Assembly (NCBI RefSeq): GCF_001194135.2
Contig: NC_068981.1
Span: 22,213,792 to 22,277,791, forward strand
Length of the DNA: 64,000 nt
Direction of reading: 5' to 3'
DNA from: Octopus bimaculoides
Lineage: Eukaryota
In this document: piece by piece, positions 63,325-64,000 of the stretch
Layout of the letters: each line of letters starts with the position of its first letter
Numbering within the stretch: position 1 is the stretch's first letter
Notes under the pieces: model-generated
Database searches by the model: none
What the model was told of the DNA's origin: nothing
What the model saw: only the letters and a program-made list of their open reading frames with translations
Position numbers and translations under genes: made by a program

Positions 63325-64000
63325 TGAATAACAATATATAAATCTAGACTTACCCGACACATTTAAAAAAACAAATTAAACTTCAGTTTCTTTCTAAGTA
63401 GTTTCTTTTAAATTAAGCAATTTTATTTTTTAAGAAAATATCATATTAAAAACAATAATAATAATAATAATAAGCACTGCATAAATAAGTAAAAATATTA
63501 GCTCTTCTAAAATACCACAAGTTTTATTTAGCAAACGAAAAACGTTTTCAATGCATTGTCAGTCATGTGCGGTTTATTTAAATATAATAAGTAAAATAAT
63601 CACAATGAATTCATTCAGTAAAATATTTGACACCTAGTACACCTTTAAATGCATGAGCCTGTAGTAAGTTTTTAAAAAAAAGTAGTAATGCAAGTGAATG
63701 CAACATCGAGACGAAGCAATTACAGGTGTGACGAACATCGAGAGGAGAAACACTTGTCAAGTTGTCACAGAATGTTTGATGATAAAACGGAAACAGTTCC
63801 TCCCACTTCACCCTCAGCCAATTCTATCGAATCGGCCAGCATCTTAACAATAACTTGCATTGCTGCTTTAGTCAAACAATGCAGCTCAAATGGCCCGCAA
63901 AATATGAATTTCTTGACAAAACTCATATCAGCAACACACTTTAACAATAATACGACGTGGCAAAGTAGTTAATGGCAACACGTTCATAGTAGTTGTATTT

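Overview
AT-rich, repeat-dense eukaryotic DNA with four assembly gaps. It is most likely a coleoid cephalopod (Octopus) scaffold; this is inferred from the tRNA-headed SINEs with internal microsatellites, the abundant RTE LINE tails ending in (GAT)n, and an effector-less C2H2 array gene. Two protein-coding genes are supported and they converge. (1) A + strand gene with 15 C2H2 zinc fingers (3116-4459), whose exon carries an upstream in-frame ORF cut off by a single TAA. (2) Four - strand exons of PPM1D/Wip1 (38194-38360, 31848-32028, 29155-29360, 23564-25009), with intact splice phases and a ~440-aa tail. The PPM1D N-terminal coding exon was not found, so it probably lies beyond 64000. The rest is intronic or intergenic: a dead hAT transposase fragment, young and old RTE LINE pieces, several SINE families, piggyBac-, pogo- and hAT-type MITEs, a Helitron-like element, a Penelope-like fragment with a hammerhead-like motif, and microsatellites. 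No CRISPR array, rRNA gene or true tRNA gene is supported. No clearly new system can be demonstrated from sequence alone. The best leads are the stop-interrupted ZF exon, the hammerhead-like motif, inverted RTE repeats around PPM1D exons, modular SINEs and an anomalous GT-skewed insert.
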